A DNA stretch of 64,000 nucleotides. Origin: Oscillospiraceae bacterium (GTDB lineage: Bacteria; Bacillota; Clostridia; Oscillospirales; CAG-272). The stretch lies in NCBI GenBank assembly GCA_015065215.1, contig SVQT01000003.1, forward strand, positions 28,249 through 92,248, in the 5' to 3' direction. The translations under genes and the position numbers were made by a program. Shown piece by piece: positions 38,747-48,588 of the stretch (positions are counted from its first letter, which is position 1; every line of letters starts with the position of its first letter). Below the pieces are notes generated by a model. It was not told where the DNA came from, ran no database searches, and saw nothing but the letters and a program-made list of their open reading frames with translations.

Positions 38747-39325
38747 TTAAATCAATACATCTTCCAGTGCCCGCTTGGGTACACAGTGATTTCCGGCGGC
38801 ATCCCGGTAATAAGCAAGAGAGCCATCCCTTGGGTCGGTAAGCAGAGCCCGCTCGGCCGGTTTGCCCAACGCAATGACCAGCTGGGGCTGATAGCGCTTC
38901 TCAATCGCGAAATCCGCAACAAGCGTTTCGGGATTAAAGCTGCCCAGCATACAGCCGGCGAAGCCCTGTTCGGTGGCCGCCAGTAGAATGGTCTGAGCGG
39001 CAATTCCCACATCCTTCAGGGCAAGACTATCCGGGCTGCCTGCTTCACTGTCGGTGAAGAGGATGATGTAGCCGGTTGGATGGCCGCCCTGCGGGGGGAG
39101 CTTGATATTTTTGAGCGCGGTGCCAAAACGGGCATTACGTACCATCTTATCCAGATCCTGCCGCTCGGTCAGAATACGATAGCGCAGGGGCTGCTTGTTC
39201 ATGCCCGAAGCGGTACGGCGCGCAAGATCCACCAGCTCGGTCATGATCTCGCGGGTGATGGGCGCGCTTTCATCAAAGCTGCGACAAGTGCGGTTGCGCA
39301 GCACCAAAGATTCCATCGTCATCAT
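38747..39325 (-). CDS. Nitroreductase family protein
   Basis: NRTCRSF, ASGMNKQP, DVGIAAQTILLAA, VPKR motifs. Confidence 0.92.
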   Translation of the reverse strand: MMTMESLVLRNRTCRSFDESAPITREIMTELVDLARRTASGMNKQPLRYRILTERQDLDKMVRNARFGTALKNIKLPPQGGHPTGYIILFTDSEAGSPDSLALKDVGIAAQTILLAATEQGFAGCMLGSFNPETLVADFAIEKRYQPQLVIALGKPAERALLTDPRDGSLAYYRDAAGNHCVPKRALEDVLI

Positions 39326-39328
39326 AGA

Positions 39329-39982
39329 TTACTCCTTAAAATGTACGGTTACGGCATGAATGGGAAAGCCTTTTTCGGAAAAGTTCTTTTCGTACTCGGT
39401 CATGACATTGCCCGCGCTCAAGGGACTGTTATGCAAATCACGGGTCAGATCGGTCATCGGCAGCCCCAGTGCCTCAAACTCCTCAAGTGAGAAGTCAAAC
39501 AATCCAACGTTGTCTGTTTTGAAGCGAAGAATACCGCCGTTTTTCAATACCGTTTTGTACTTTTCTAAGAAAACGCGGTGTGTAAGGCGCCGCTTGGCAT
39601 GACCGGATTTCGGCCAAGGATCGCTGAAATTCAAATACAGACAGTCTATGCTGTGGGGCGGGAACCACGCCACAAGATTTTCTGCGTTGCCAATGAGAAA
39701 ACGCAGATTGTCGGGGCGGGTATCCTTTGCTGCTTCGGCTTTTTCCAGCGCAAGACACGCCACGTCGGGTACACGCTCCATCGCGATAAAGTTAACATCG
39801 GGGTGGGCGGCGGCCATGCCGCAGGCAAAGTTGCCTTTGCCGCATCCAATCTCTAGATGAAGGGGGCGCTTTTTGGAAAAATGGGTTTGGGGATCGGTTA
39901 TCAGCGCCGCCGGATCTTCAATGAGCAGGTGGGCACAGGCGGCAATACGCTCGGCCCCGTGCTTTTTCTTGCGGGCCCGCAT
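39329..39982 (-). CDS. trmB: tRNA (guanine46-N7)-methyltransferase
   Basis: LEIGCGKG, NFSDPWPK..HAKRRL, FKTD, TEYE motifs. Confidence 0.97.
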   Translation of the reverse strand: MRARKKKHGAERIAACAHLLIEDPAALITDPQTHFSKKRPLHLEIGCGKGNFACGMAAAHPDVNFIAMERVPDVACLALEKAEAAKDTRPDNLRFLIGNAENLVAWFPPHSIDCLYLNFSDPWPKSGHAKRRLTHRVFLEKYKTVLKNGGILRFKTDNVGLFDFSLEEFEALGLPMTDLTRDLHNSPLSAGNVMTEYEKNFSEKGFPIHAVTVHFKE

Positions 39983-41076
39983 CAGACATTAAAGCGGAAG
40001 ACAACAATGTCTCCGTCCTGCATCACATATTCCTTGCCCTCGCTACGCAAAAGGCCAGCTTCCTTGACACCGTTCATCGAACCGATGCGCTCCAGATCAG
40101 CAAAGCTGACCACCTCGGCGCGGATGAAGCCGCGCTCGAAATCACTGTGGATTTTGCCGGCTGCGCCGGGCGCGCGGGTGCCGCGCACGATGGTCCACGC
40201 GCGAACCTCTTTGGGGCCCGCGGTCAAAAAGCTGATCAGACCCAACAGGGAATAGCTTGCTTTAATAAGGCGGTCCAAGCCGCTCTCGGCAATGCCCAGA
40301 TCCTCCAGGAACGCTTGCTTTTCCTCACCGGAAAGCTCCGCGATCTCCGCCTCGATCTGTGCGCAAACAGGCAGCACCTCGGCATGCTCGCTGGCGGCGA
40401 ATGCCTTCAGCTTTGCGTAGTAGGGGTTATCTAAGGGTTCCTCACCTGCCTCATCCTCGCTGACATTTGCCGCGTAGATGACCGGTTTCATGGTGAGCAA
40501 GGGGGTGTCATAGAGCATAGCGCGCTCATCATCGGTCAGCGCTACGGTACGGGCGGTAAAGCCGTCAGCAAGGGCGTTATAGATCCGCTCAAACAGCGCC
40601 AGCTCCCCCGCAAGGGTCTTATCACCCTTCATCGCCTTTTTGACACGGTCAATGCGGCGTTCCACCATTTCCATATCCGAGAAGATCAGCTCCATATTGA
40701 TGGTTTCCACATCACGCATTGGGTCAACCGCACCGTCTACGTGGATGATGTTATCATCGTGAAAGCAACGTACCACATGGATGATGGCGTCCACCTCGCG
40801 GATGTGCGACAGGAATTTGTTTCCAAGCCCTTCGCCTTTCGAGGCGCCGCGGACCAGACCCGCAATGTCTACAAATTCGATCACGGCAGGGGTGTATTTT
40901 TCGGGGGTATACATATTGGCAAGAAAATCCATACGGCTATCCGGTACCGCTACGACACCCACATTGGGCTCGATGGTACAGAACGGATAGTTAGCGGATT
41001 CAGCGCCCGCGTTGGTCAAAGCGTTAAAGAGCGTGCTCTTTCCCACATTGGGAAGTCCTACGATACCAAGTTTCAT
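39982..41076 (-). CDS. ychF: Redox-regulated ATPase YchF
   Basis: [48 protein letters not shown] motifs. Confidence 0.98.
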   Translation of the reverse strand: MKLGIVGLPNVGKSTLFNALTNAGAESANYPFCTIEPNVGVVAVPDSRMDFLANMYTPEKYTPAVIEFVDIAGLVRGASKGEGLGNKFLSHIREVDAIIHVVRCFHDDNIIHVDGAVDPMRDVETINMELIFSDMEMVERRIDRVKKAMKGDKTLAGELALFERIYNALADGFTARTVALTDDERAMLYDTPLLTMKPVIYAANVSEDEAGEEPLDNPYYAKLKAFAASEHAEVLPVCAQIEAEIAELSGEEKQAFLEDLGIAESGLDRLIKASYSLLGLISFLTAGPKEVRAWTIVRGTRAPGAAGKIHSDFERGFIRAEVVSFADLERIGSMNGVKEAGLLRSEGKEYVMQDGDIVVFRFNV

Positions 41077-41381
41077 AAAAATCTCCTTACTGTAAGGGGG
41101 CATCCCCTGTGTTTGTCAATCATCTCATTATATCGCAAATTTCTTTTTTTTTCAATAGGGGAGAGAAATTTACTTGCAAAAATTTGGCACTGAAAGGTGC
41201 CGCTTGATTGGCAAAGGCGCTACTTTTTTTGAAAAAGGGGTTTTCAAAATTAAAATTATATGTTATAATATAAAAGTAAATTTGTTTTTGATAGATAAAA
41301 GTGCCCAAAAACTCAGAATTCTCTTTAGAGCATACGCAAAGGGAAGGGGTTAATCGCGCAAACCCGAAAGGAGGTTTTTTT

Positions 41382-42074
41382 GTGATTGGAACAAAATTGC
41401 TTGTTGTGGACGACGATCCTAACATTTGTGATATTTTGAAAACACACTTTGAAAAAGAAGGATACGAGGTTGTGACCGCCAGTGACGGTGTAGAAGGCGT
41501 TGCTATGTTCAAGTCCGCGGTTCCGGATCTTGTTTTATTGGACATTATGTTACCCAAAATGGACGGTCAGCAGGTGCTTGCTGAAATTCGCAAGGAATCC
41601 GCGAAGCCGGTGATCATGGTTACCGCAAAAGGGGAAGTGTTTGATAAAGTGCTCGGCCTTGAAATGGGTGCGGATGATTTTGTGGTCAAGCCCTTCGATC
41701 TCAAAGAACTTTCCGCGCGTGTTAAGGCGGTCCTGCGTCGCTGTCAGGCACATTTGCAGCAGGATGAGGGTGATGTGATCCGATATGAGAATTTTGAGAT
41801 CAGCCAGGAGAGATTTGAGCTGAAGCTGCGTGGCAAAAAGGTAGATATTCCCCCAAAAGAGCTGCAACTTCTGTACTGTCTCGCTTCTAATCCCAACCGT
41901 GTGTTCAGCCGTGAGCTTTTGTTAGAGCATGTATGGGATTTTGCCTTTCTCGGGGACTCCCGTACCGTAGACGTGCATATCAAGCGTCTGCGTGAAAAGC
42001 TGGAGGGCGTTTCGGATAAATGGGCGCTCAAGACAGTTTGGGGCATTGGCTACAAATTTGAGCTTTATAATTAA
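41382..42074 (+). CDS. OmpR-family response regulator
   Basis: VVDDD, LLDIMLP, VTAK, GADDFVVKPF, RTVDVHIKRLR, TVWGIGY motifs. GTG start after AAGGAGG. Confidence 0.95.
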   Translation: MIGTKLLVVDDDPNICDILKTHFEKEGYEVVTASDGVEGVAMFKSAVPDLVLLDIMLPKMDGQQVLAEIRKESAKPVIMVTAKGEVFDKVLGLEMGADDFVVKPFDLKELSARVKAVLRRCQAHLQQDEGDVIRYENFEISQERFELKLRGKKVDIPPKELQLLYCLASNPNRVFSRELLLEHVWDFAFLGDSRTVDVHIKRLREKLEGVSDKWALKTVWGIGYKFELYN

Positions 42075-42171
42075 ACAAAAGAACGCCGCTGCGGATCCAT
42101 CCGCGGCGGCATTGCCCTATATGCGCGGGCGTGTGCCCGGATGCGGGCAATGATAAAAAGCGAGGGCGATT

Positions 42172-43626
42172 ATGTTCAAAAGCGTATATGCCAAATATAT
42201 TTCGACATTTATGCTGATCATTTTCGTCAGTTTTCTGATCCTTGTGCTGATCGTCACCGGCATGGTCAACAACTATGCCTCCAACACCAAAGAGGAGGTG
42301 TTGAATCATGCGGCGGCGGGTGCGGCGGAGTTCCTGGAAGCAAGGACCTCCAGTGGGTTGAAAACCGACTTCGGGCAAATGATCGACAATGTATCGGATG
42401 ACGTGGACCGCATGCTACGGACGCTTGCCGCCATGGATGATGACGTGACCATTCTGCTGGTAGATAACGCCGATGGCTCGGTGATCCGCATGGTTACGCC
42501 GAGCGGTGAGACCGCCTCCAGCGAAGCGGTCATTCCGCGGCATATCATATTAGAAGTCAACGCGGGCAACAGCGCGGGCAGACTGGAAAGCTTGGCGGGT
42601 GTTTTTGATACCGACCATTTTTTTCGTACGGCACCTGTTTATACCGATGACGGGTATGCTTGTGGCACGGTGTTTGCTTGTTCCTCTACCAGAACCCAAG
42701 ATGAACTGCTTGGCGTGATGATCAAAACCATCCTGATCGCCTCGCTTTGGGTGATGCTGGCGGCACTGGTGGCGGTATATCTTCTCACAGAGCGAGTTAT
42801 TGGTCCTTTGAAGGATATGAGTCGCATGGCCAAACAGTTTGCCGCGGGTAACTATGAGGCACGTGTGCGTGTGCGCGGCAACGATGAGGTGTCGCAATTG
42901 GCCAGAGCTTTTAATAACATGGCTGAGTCAATCTCTCGTCTGGAGTTGATGCGCAACACGTTTGTGGCGAATGTTTCTCATGACTTGCGCACGCCGATGA
43001 CCACCATTTCCGGCTTTATCGACAATATTTTGTCCGGGGCGATCCCTGAGGAAAAAAGAGGATATTATCTGGAGCTGATCCGCACTGAGGTACAGCGGCT
43101 GGCTCGCTTGGTGACATCTCTTCTGGATATTTCCCGTATTCAGGCCGGAGACCGCAAGTTTGATCATAGGCCTTTTGATATTTGCGAAATGGCCCGTAGA
43201 ATTCTGATTTCCTTTGAGGCCAAGATCGAGGCGAAGCACCTTGACGTGGAATTTATCTGCGATGAGGAGCGAATGACGGTGCTGGCGGATTATGACGCCA
43301 TCTATCAAATCTTGTATAACCTGTGCGACAATGCGGTAAAATTCTCAAAAGAAGGCGGAAAACTTTCTGTTTCTTTGCGCTTTACTGAGGAACAACGCGC
43401 GGTCATTTCTGTCTATAATGAGGGTGAGGGCATTGCAAAAGACGACCTTCCCTTTGTATTTGAGCGTTTTTACAAGGGCGACAAAAGTCGCGGTCTGGAT
43501 AAAAGCGGTGCGGGTCTTGGCCTCTTTATTGCAAAGACCATCATGGATGCCCACCATGAAAGGATATGGGTGGAAAGCGAACAGGGGCGGTACTGTTGCT
43601 TTAAGTTTATTTTACCTTTGGTGTAG
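42172..43626 (+). CDS. Sensor histidine kinase (2 TM, HAMP, HisKA, HATPase)
   Basis: DEVSQLARAFNNM, SHDLRTP, NLCDNAVKF, FERFY, GAGLGL motifs. Confidence 0.95.
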   Translation: MFKSVYAKYISTFMLIIFVSFLILVLIVTGMVNNYASNTKEEVLNHAAAGAAEFLEARTSSGLKTDFGQMIDNVSDDVDRMLRTLAAMDDDVTILLVDNADGSVIRMVTPSGETASSEAVIPRHIILEVNAGNSAGRLESLAGVFDTDHFFRTAPVYTDDGYACGTVFACSSTRTQDELLGVMIKTILIASLWVMLAALVAVYLLTERVIGPLKDMSRMAKQFAAGNYEARVRVRGNDEVSQLARAFNNMAESISRLELMRNTFVANVSHDLRTPMTTISGFIDNILSGAIPEEKRGYYLELIRTEVQRLARLVTSLLDISRIQAGDRKFDHRPFDICEMARRILISFEAKIEAKHLDVEFICDEERMTVLADYDAIYQILYNLCDNAVKFSKEGGKLSVSLRFTEEQRAVISVYNEGEGIAKDDLPFVFERFYKGDKSRGLDKSGAGLGLFIAKTIMDAHHERIWVESEQGRYCCFKFILPLV

Positions 43627-43634
43627 GAGTGCGT

Positions 43635-45056
43635 ATGGAAGAGGAAAAGAGAACCGAGGACACGGCGCTTTCAGGGGAACCGTCCGATACAGTTGAACAG
43701 GTGGAAGGCACCCCGAGACAGTCGGCTGAGGCTGATCCTGATGCGGCACAGAGCGATTGCGCGGCGGAGGCGGAAACAGTTGCCGGGCAAGACGTTGCGG
43801 CAGGGGCACAGCAGCCGTGCGCTAAAGAGGCTACCCTAAACGGGACCGCTTGGGATTTTGGCGGTCAAACAGGGGAAGGCGCCCAAACAAAGGGCAAACG
43901 GATCAACTTTTTTGCTGTGTTTGGCATGGCGTTTGGCGTTTGCATGTTGCTTTTTGTATTGGTTTTGTTTTTGGGTGACGGCAAGTTTGAGATTATTCGC
44001 AACGTGTTGCGTGAGCGCATCGTTTATGTACGTCAGGATGACGGCACCAGCGGCTTGCTGACCCCCAACGAGGCGGCGGATAAGGTGAAGCAGTCCGCTG
44101 TCAGTATTGTGGCCACCACCGATACAGGCAGTAGCATTGGTTCCGGTTTTGTTTATTCGGCAGACGGCTATATTATTACCAATTATCATGTTATTGAAAA
44201 AGCCAACACGGTACAGGTCATCCTGCCGGATGGGCTGGCCTGTGATGCCACTGTTCGGGGCTACAATATAGCGGCTGACGTAGCGGTTTTAAAGATTGAG
44301 GCATCTGATTTGGTGCCGGCCGCCATAGGTCAATCCGCGGATCTCTTGGTGGGTGACGCGGTGGTTGCCATTGGCACTCCCGCCAAGCTGGATTATGCGG
44401 CTACCGCTACTTTTGGCACCGTTTCAGCTACACGTCGGTTGGTATCCATTTCCAACGATAGCGGCACTGTTTCTAAGAAAATGACCTTGATCCAGACCGA
44501 TACCAGCGTCAACCCGGGTAATTCGGGCGGCCCTCTTGCCGATATGTACGGCAATGTGATTGGTGTTGTGGTGATGAAGATCACCGATTATGGCGGCATC
44601 GCTTTTGAGGGCATTGGGTTCGCCCTGCCTATTGACGGTGTGAAACTGATCGCAGAGGAGATCATCGCCAAAGGCTCCTTTTCCGGCAGAAATCCCATTG
44701 CCGAGGGGCGCTCTTTGCTGGGTGTAACAGGACATGGCGGTAAAAAAGGCCTTTGGTACGCGGATGTTGCCGATGCGAACGGCAGCATGGCGGCATCCGA
44801 GACCGAAAAGCCGGGTTATCACTATATGGCCGAAAATGGCATTTATGTCATGGGCGTCAACAGCACCAACTCCGCGGGCAAGGTAGAGATCGGAGATATT
44901 ATTTTGGCAGTGAACGGCTTGCGGGTGGGAAATACCGTAGATTTGATCGCTGCCGTCAATCGCTGCTATGCGGGCGAGCGGGTGACACTGACCATTTTGC
45001 GCAACGGGCAGGAGATCAAGATGGAAATCCTGCTGTATGAGGAAGCATTATACTAA
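43635..45056 (+). CDS. htrA: HtrA-like membrane-anchored S1C serine protease with PDZ domain
   Basis: One TM. GSGF, TNYHV, DVAVL and NPGNSGG catalytic-triad motifs. C-terminal PDZ (GDIILAVNG). Confidence 0.9.
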   Translation: MEEEKRTEDTALSGEPSDTVEQVEGTPRQSAEADPDAAQSDCAAEAETVAGQDVAAGAQQPCAKEATLNGTAWDFGGQTGEGAQTKGKRINFFAVFGMAFGVCMLLFVLVLFLGDGKFEIIRNVLRERIVYVRQDDGTSGLLTPNEAADKVKQSAVSIVATTDTGSSIGSGFVYSADGYIITNYHVIEKANTVQVILPDGLACDATVRGYNIAADVAVLKIEASDLVPAAIGQSADLLVGDAVVAIGTPAKLDYAATATFGTVSATRRLVSISNDSGTVSKKMTLIQTDTSVNPGNSGGPLADMYGNVIGVVVMKITDYGGIAFEGIGFALPIDGVKLIAEEIIAKGSFSGRNPIAEGRSLLGVTGHGGKKGLWYADVADANGSMAASETEKPGYHYMAENGIYVMGVNSTNSAGKVEIGDIILAVNGLRVGNTVDLIAAVNRCYAGERVTLTILRNGQEIKMEILLYEEALY

Positions 45057-45080
45057 AAGTATAGGTGAAAGGATACGACT

Positions 45081-45830
45081 ATGCCTGAATTTTTAAGTTT
45101 CATGGAGCCATTACGTCATTTGACGGCGGCAAACGGTGTATATGTCACCTTGTTCCGGCTGGGCATTGCGGCAATCTGCGGCGGTGTTATTGGCTTAGAG
45201 CGTGGCAGAAAACGCCGGCCCGCCGGCTTCCGTACCCATATGCTGGTCTGTATCGGTGCCGCCCTTGCTATGCTGATTAGCCAGTATTTGACGATGATGG
45301 CGCAGACCGATTGGCAATGGATCTATACAAAATTAAATATTACGCCTACCGATGCCGCCCGTTTGGGGGCACAGGTGATCAACGGTATCGGCTTCCTTGG
45401 CGCGGGCACCATCATTGTTACCGGTCAGCAGGAGGTCAAGGGCTTGACAACGGCGGCTGGCCTTTGGGCGTCAGCATGTATGGGGCTTTGCATTGGCGCG
45501 GGCTTTGTAGAGGGTGCGATCATCGGTTGTGCGTTGATCAGCGTGACCATCATTGTGCTGACCCGTGTGGAGCGCATCGTGATGAACAGGTCTCGTAACC
45601 TGAATTTAAACATCGAGTTTTTACATATTGATGATTTGGGTAAGATCATTTCCGCTATCAAGGAACAGGATATTCGCATTTTTGATGTGGAGATCCACAA
45701 AAACAAAAGTAGCACAGGTGGCTTCCCCAGTGCTGTCTTTTCCATTCGATTGCCCAAAAAGATGCACCACGCAAAAGTATTAACGTTGATTGCCGATGTG
45801 GAAAATGTTCGCTCGGTAGAAGAACTGTAA
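45081..45830 (+). CDS. MgtC/SapB family membrane protein (copy 1)
   Basis: IGLER, AGFRTHMLV, RLGAQVINGIGFLGAGTI, GLTTAAGLW motifs. ACT-like C-terminus. Confidence 0.92.
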   Translation: MPEFLSFMEPLRHLTAANGVYVTLFRLGIAAICGGVIGLERGRKRRPAGFRTHMLVCIGAALAMLISQYLTMMAQTDWQWIYTKLNITPTDAARLGAQVINGIGFLGAGTIIVTGQQEVKGLTTAAGLWASACMGLCIGAGFVEGAIIGCALISVTIIVLTRVERIVMNRSRNLNLNIEFLHIDDLGKIISAIKEQDIRIFDVEIHKNKSSTGGFPSAVFSIRLPKKMHHAKVLTLIADVENVRSVEEL

Positions 45831-45844
45831 GGAGGTGACTGTCG

Positions 45845-46555
45845 ATGCAAGCGTTCTATGATTTTTGGGACACGGTGATCCGTTTTTCAGACGGCTTCCA
45901 TATGTGGGGAGCGTTGATCCGGATGTGCTTGGCGGTTGTCTGCGGCGGCATCATTGGTATCGAGCGAGAATTCAAACGCCGCCCGGCCGGCTTCCGCACG
46001 CATATTCTGATCTGTCTTGGCGCGTCACTGACCATGCTGACCAGTCAATATCTCCTGCTTTATCTGGAGGAGGTTACCGACGTTGCCCGTCTTGGCGCAC
46101 AGGTCATTGCCGGTATTGGTTTTATCGGCGCGGGTACCATTATTGTTACCAAGCGCCGTCAGGTCAAGGGCCTCACGACCGCGGCGGGTCTTTGGACCTC
46201 CGCTATTGTGGGCCTTGCCATTGGCTCCGGTTATGTAGAAGCTGCTCTGATCACCACCGCTTTGGTGATTGTGGTTGAATTGCTGCTGTCGCGCTTTGAG
46301 TATTTCATTATGTCTCGGGCACGTAACATCAATTTATATGTAGAGTACAAAGAGACAGAGGCGTTGACGCAAATGACCGATTATTTGCGGGACCGTCGGG
46401 TACATATCACCGATTTGCAGATCACAAAATCCGCTACCGTCACCAAAAATCCGTGTGCGATTTTCTCATTGGAAATGCCGATGAAGATGAGCCATGACAA
46501 GTTGATGACCGCATTGGCCGGCATTGAAGGCGTTGTCTCGGTAGAAGAGCTTTGA
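45845..46555 (+). CDS. MgtC/SapB family membrane protein (copy 2)
   Basis: IGIER, AGFRTHIL, RLGAQVIAGIGFIGAGTI, GLTTAAGLW motifs. Confidence 0.92.
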   Translation: MQAFYDFWDTVIRFSDGFHMWGALIRMCLAVVCGGIIGIEREFKRRPAGFRTHILICLGASLTMLTSQYLLLYLEEVTDVARLGAQVIAGIGFIGAGTIIVTKRRQVKGLTTAAGLWTSAIVGLAIGSGYVEAALITTALVIVVELLLSRFEYFIMSRARNINLYVEYKETEALTQMTDYLRDRRVHITDLQITKSATVTKNPCAIFSLEMPMKMSHDKLMTALAGIEGVVSVEEL

Positions 46556-46631
46556 GCCTATCAAAAAGGATCGCCCGGCAGAATCTCTTGGTTGTCGTTC
46601 AGACATCAGGAGATCCTGCCGGGCGGCGTTT

Positions 46632-48488
46632 TTATTTTTCTGCCATTGGCAGTACCGTCATACGCAAATTGGTGCAGCCGTAGGGAATAAGACGGAGCCT
46701 TTGTGGCTTGCCGATCGCTTTGCGGCTGTTGGGCAGCGCCTTGCAGTGTTGATTTTCTTCTCCCCAATCAATCGGGACCAGTGTGGTTTCCAGCGCGGTC
46801 ATAGCGCCCTCGGGAGAGAATAGGAACGTGCCGTCGTTCTCTGTTTCAAGATAATGGAAGGCGTCCTCTGTAAAGGCATAGGCAAAGGGCGTTGTGGGAA
46901 GAACCTCGTAATCGCAGTAGGGGAATTTGCGTAGCACGCCTTTCTTTTCATATTCCAGCCGGTGCCATTTGTCACCGATCGGCAAAGCGTAAAGCAGGGG
47001 ACCGCGACGCACGCTGAACATGCCTTCATAAGTGGGCGTCATTTGCGTTTCAAAGTCTAACGTGACGGTTACGGTACACTCACCGCTCCATTCCCGCTCA
47101 ACCGCGAAAAAGGCACCGACGGGTACAGATTTTCCATCTACCGTGGCAGCACTCGCAAAGCCGGGTATGCGGATCGAGAGAGGGAATTTTACCGCCTTAG
47201 GGGTGCTGACGGTATAGGTCAGGGTATTGCGGAAGGGATAGTTGGTATCCAGCGTAACCGATACAGGCGTGCCGTCAATTTCTGTTTCTACCGCGGCGGG
47301 AATCAGGAGGGTGGAGGCAATGCCTTTCTTTGTTTTCATAAAGGCGGAAAGAGCAAATTTGGGAAAGCCTTGTCCCATATTGGCGGTGCAGCAGCCGAAT
47401 TCAGGCTCTAGACCAAAGAGGTGCGCCTCACCCTTATTGGTGGTGTATTGCACCACCTCGCGGGGCATGATGCGGCATGCGTTCTGATTGGCGAGCTGCA
47501 CATATTGATGGGCCCACATGTCGGGTGAGCAGGTAGCGGGCAGGGCGTTAAAGCCGAGAAGCTCGGTGCGGTCGCCCCAGACAGCGTTGCCGGTGATCGA
47601 AAGCAGGGTTTCATAGGAGAACATGGCCTCTACTACGGCGCAAAGCTCGGTGCCCTGAATGGGGGATCTGCCTGCCAAGCACTCGTCGCCCGAAAAAATG
47701 CCGTAAGGCTGTCCATGGTGTTCCTGTAGCAGTGAGAGAGCCTTGTTGGCAAAGTCCTCGGGATCCTCACCGGTGCGCAAGCTGTATAGGGCACGGCTCT
47801 TCAGCATCATGGCCTGATTGACCACATGATGCAAAAAGCCCCATGTGTTGCCGCCAAAGCGCGGTGCTTTGTGCCGCCAATACGCAAAAATGTTCCGCCA
47901 ATCCACGCCGATCGAGGCGATCTTGTCGCACAGCTCAATGATCCAATCTTCATGATACCAATCGTAAAGGCGGTAAAGAGCAAACAGGATCTCAAACCAA
48001 CGGGCGGCGCCCCACCGCAAAAGCATATTTTTGTCGGTGTGGTTGTCAAAATTTTTCATCGCCCGGTACAATACATCGGGGATGCGACTGTCACCCGAGC
48101 AATCGTACCACAGCACCAGCACCTTGGAGATCAGGATCAGAGCCCAGGTGTCATAGCTGCCACGCTTTTTGTCCTCACAGGGGCAGAGCCAGCCGTCCGG
48201 CTGTTGACGGGCGATAATGGCGTCGATATATTTTTTGGCTCTGGCTATCATATCCTCGTTTTCCAGCAGATAGGCGAGCGGAATGAAACCGTCAAGCCAG
48301 TAGGGAACACGCTCCCACGCCTCGTGGGCGCCACCGATCCAACTGCTGTCGGCAACATCAGGCCAAATCTTATCCAAATTGCCGGCAAGTCCATTTGCTT
48401 GAATTTCCAATTGGCGGCGAAGCCAGCCGCGGGGCTTTATTTCCTTGGTTGTAAAGGGAGTCATTGCGAGCGCTTTCAATTCTGCCAT
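46632..48488 (-). CDS. GH127/GH146-like (beta-L-arabinofuranosidase family) glycoside hydrolase
   Basis: WERVPYWLDG, HHVVN, TELCAVVE, GCCTANMGQG, LIPYGCTNLR motifs. The start could also be 48497. Confidence 0.88.
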   Translation of the reverse strand: MAELKALAMTPFTTKEIKPRGWLRRQLEIQANGLAGNLDKIWPDVADSSWIGGAHEAWERVPYWLDGFIPLAYLLENEDMIARAKKYIDAIIARQQPDGWLCPCEDKKRGSYDTWALILISKVLVLWYDCSGDSRIPDVLYRAMKNFDNHTDKNMLLRWGAARWFEILFALYRLYDWYHEDWIIELCDKIASIGVDWRNIFAYWRHKAPRFGGNTWGFLHHVVNQAMMLKSRALYSLRTGEDPEDFANKALSLLQEHHGQPYGIFSGDECLAGRSPIQGTELCAVVEAMFSYETLLSITGNAVWGDRTELLGFNALPATCSPDMWAHQYVQLANQNACRIMPREVVQYTTNKGEAHLFGLEPEFGCCTANMGQGFPKFALSAFMKTKKGIASTLLIPAAVETEIDGTPVSVTLDTNYPFRNTLTYTVSTPKAVKFPLSIRIPGFASAATVDGKSVPVGAFFAVEREWSGECTVTVTLDFETQMTPTYEGMFSVRRGPLLYALPIGDKWHRLEYEKKGVLRKFPYCDYEVLPTTPFAYAFTEDAFHYLETENDGTFLFSPEGAMTALETTLVPIDWGEENQHCKALPNSRKAIGKPQRLRLIPYGCTNLRMTVLPMAEK

Positions 48489-48588
48489 AGTCAGCATCCT
48501 TTCCAAAAATCACTTTACTGTTATTTTAAAGAGTTTGAGCTGAAATTGCAATGCAAAAATAGCGGATATAGTGCAAAAAAACGATATT

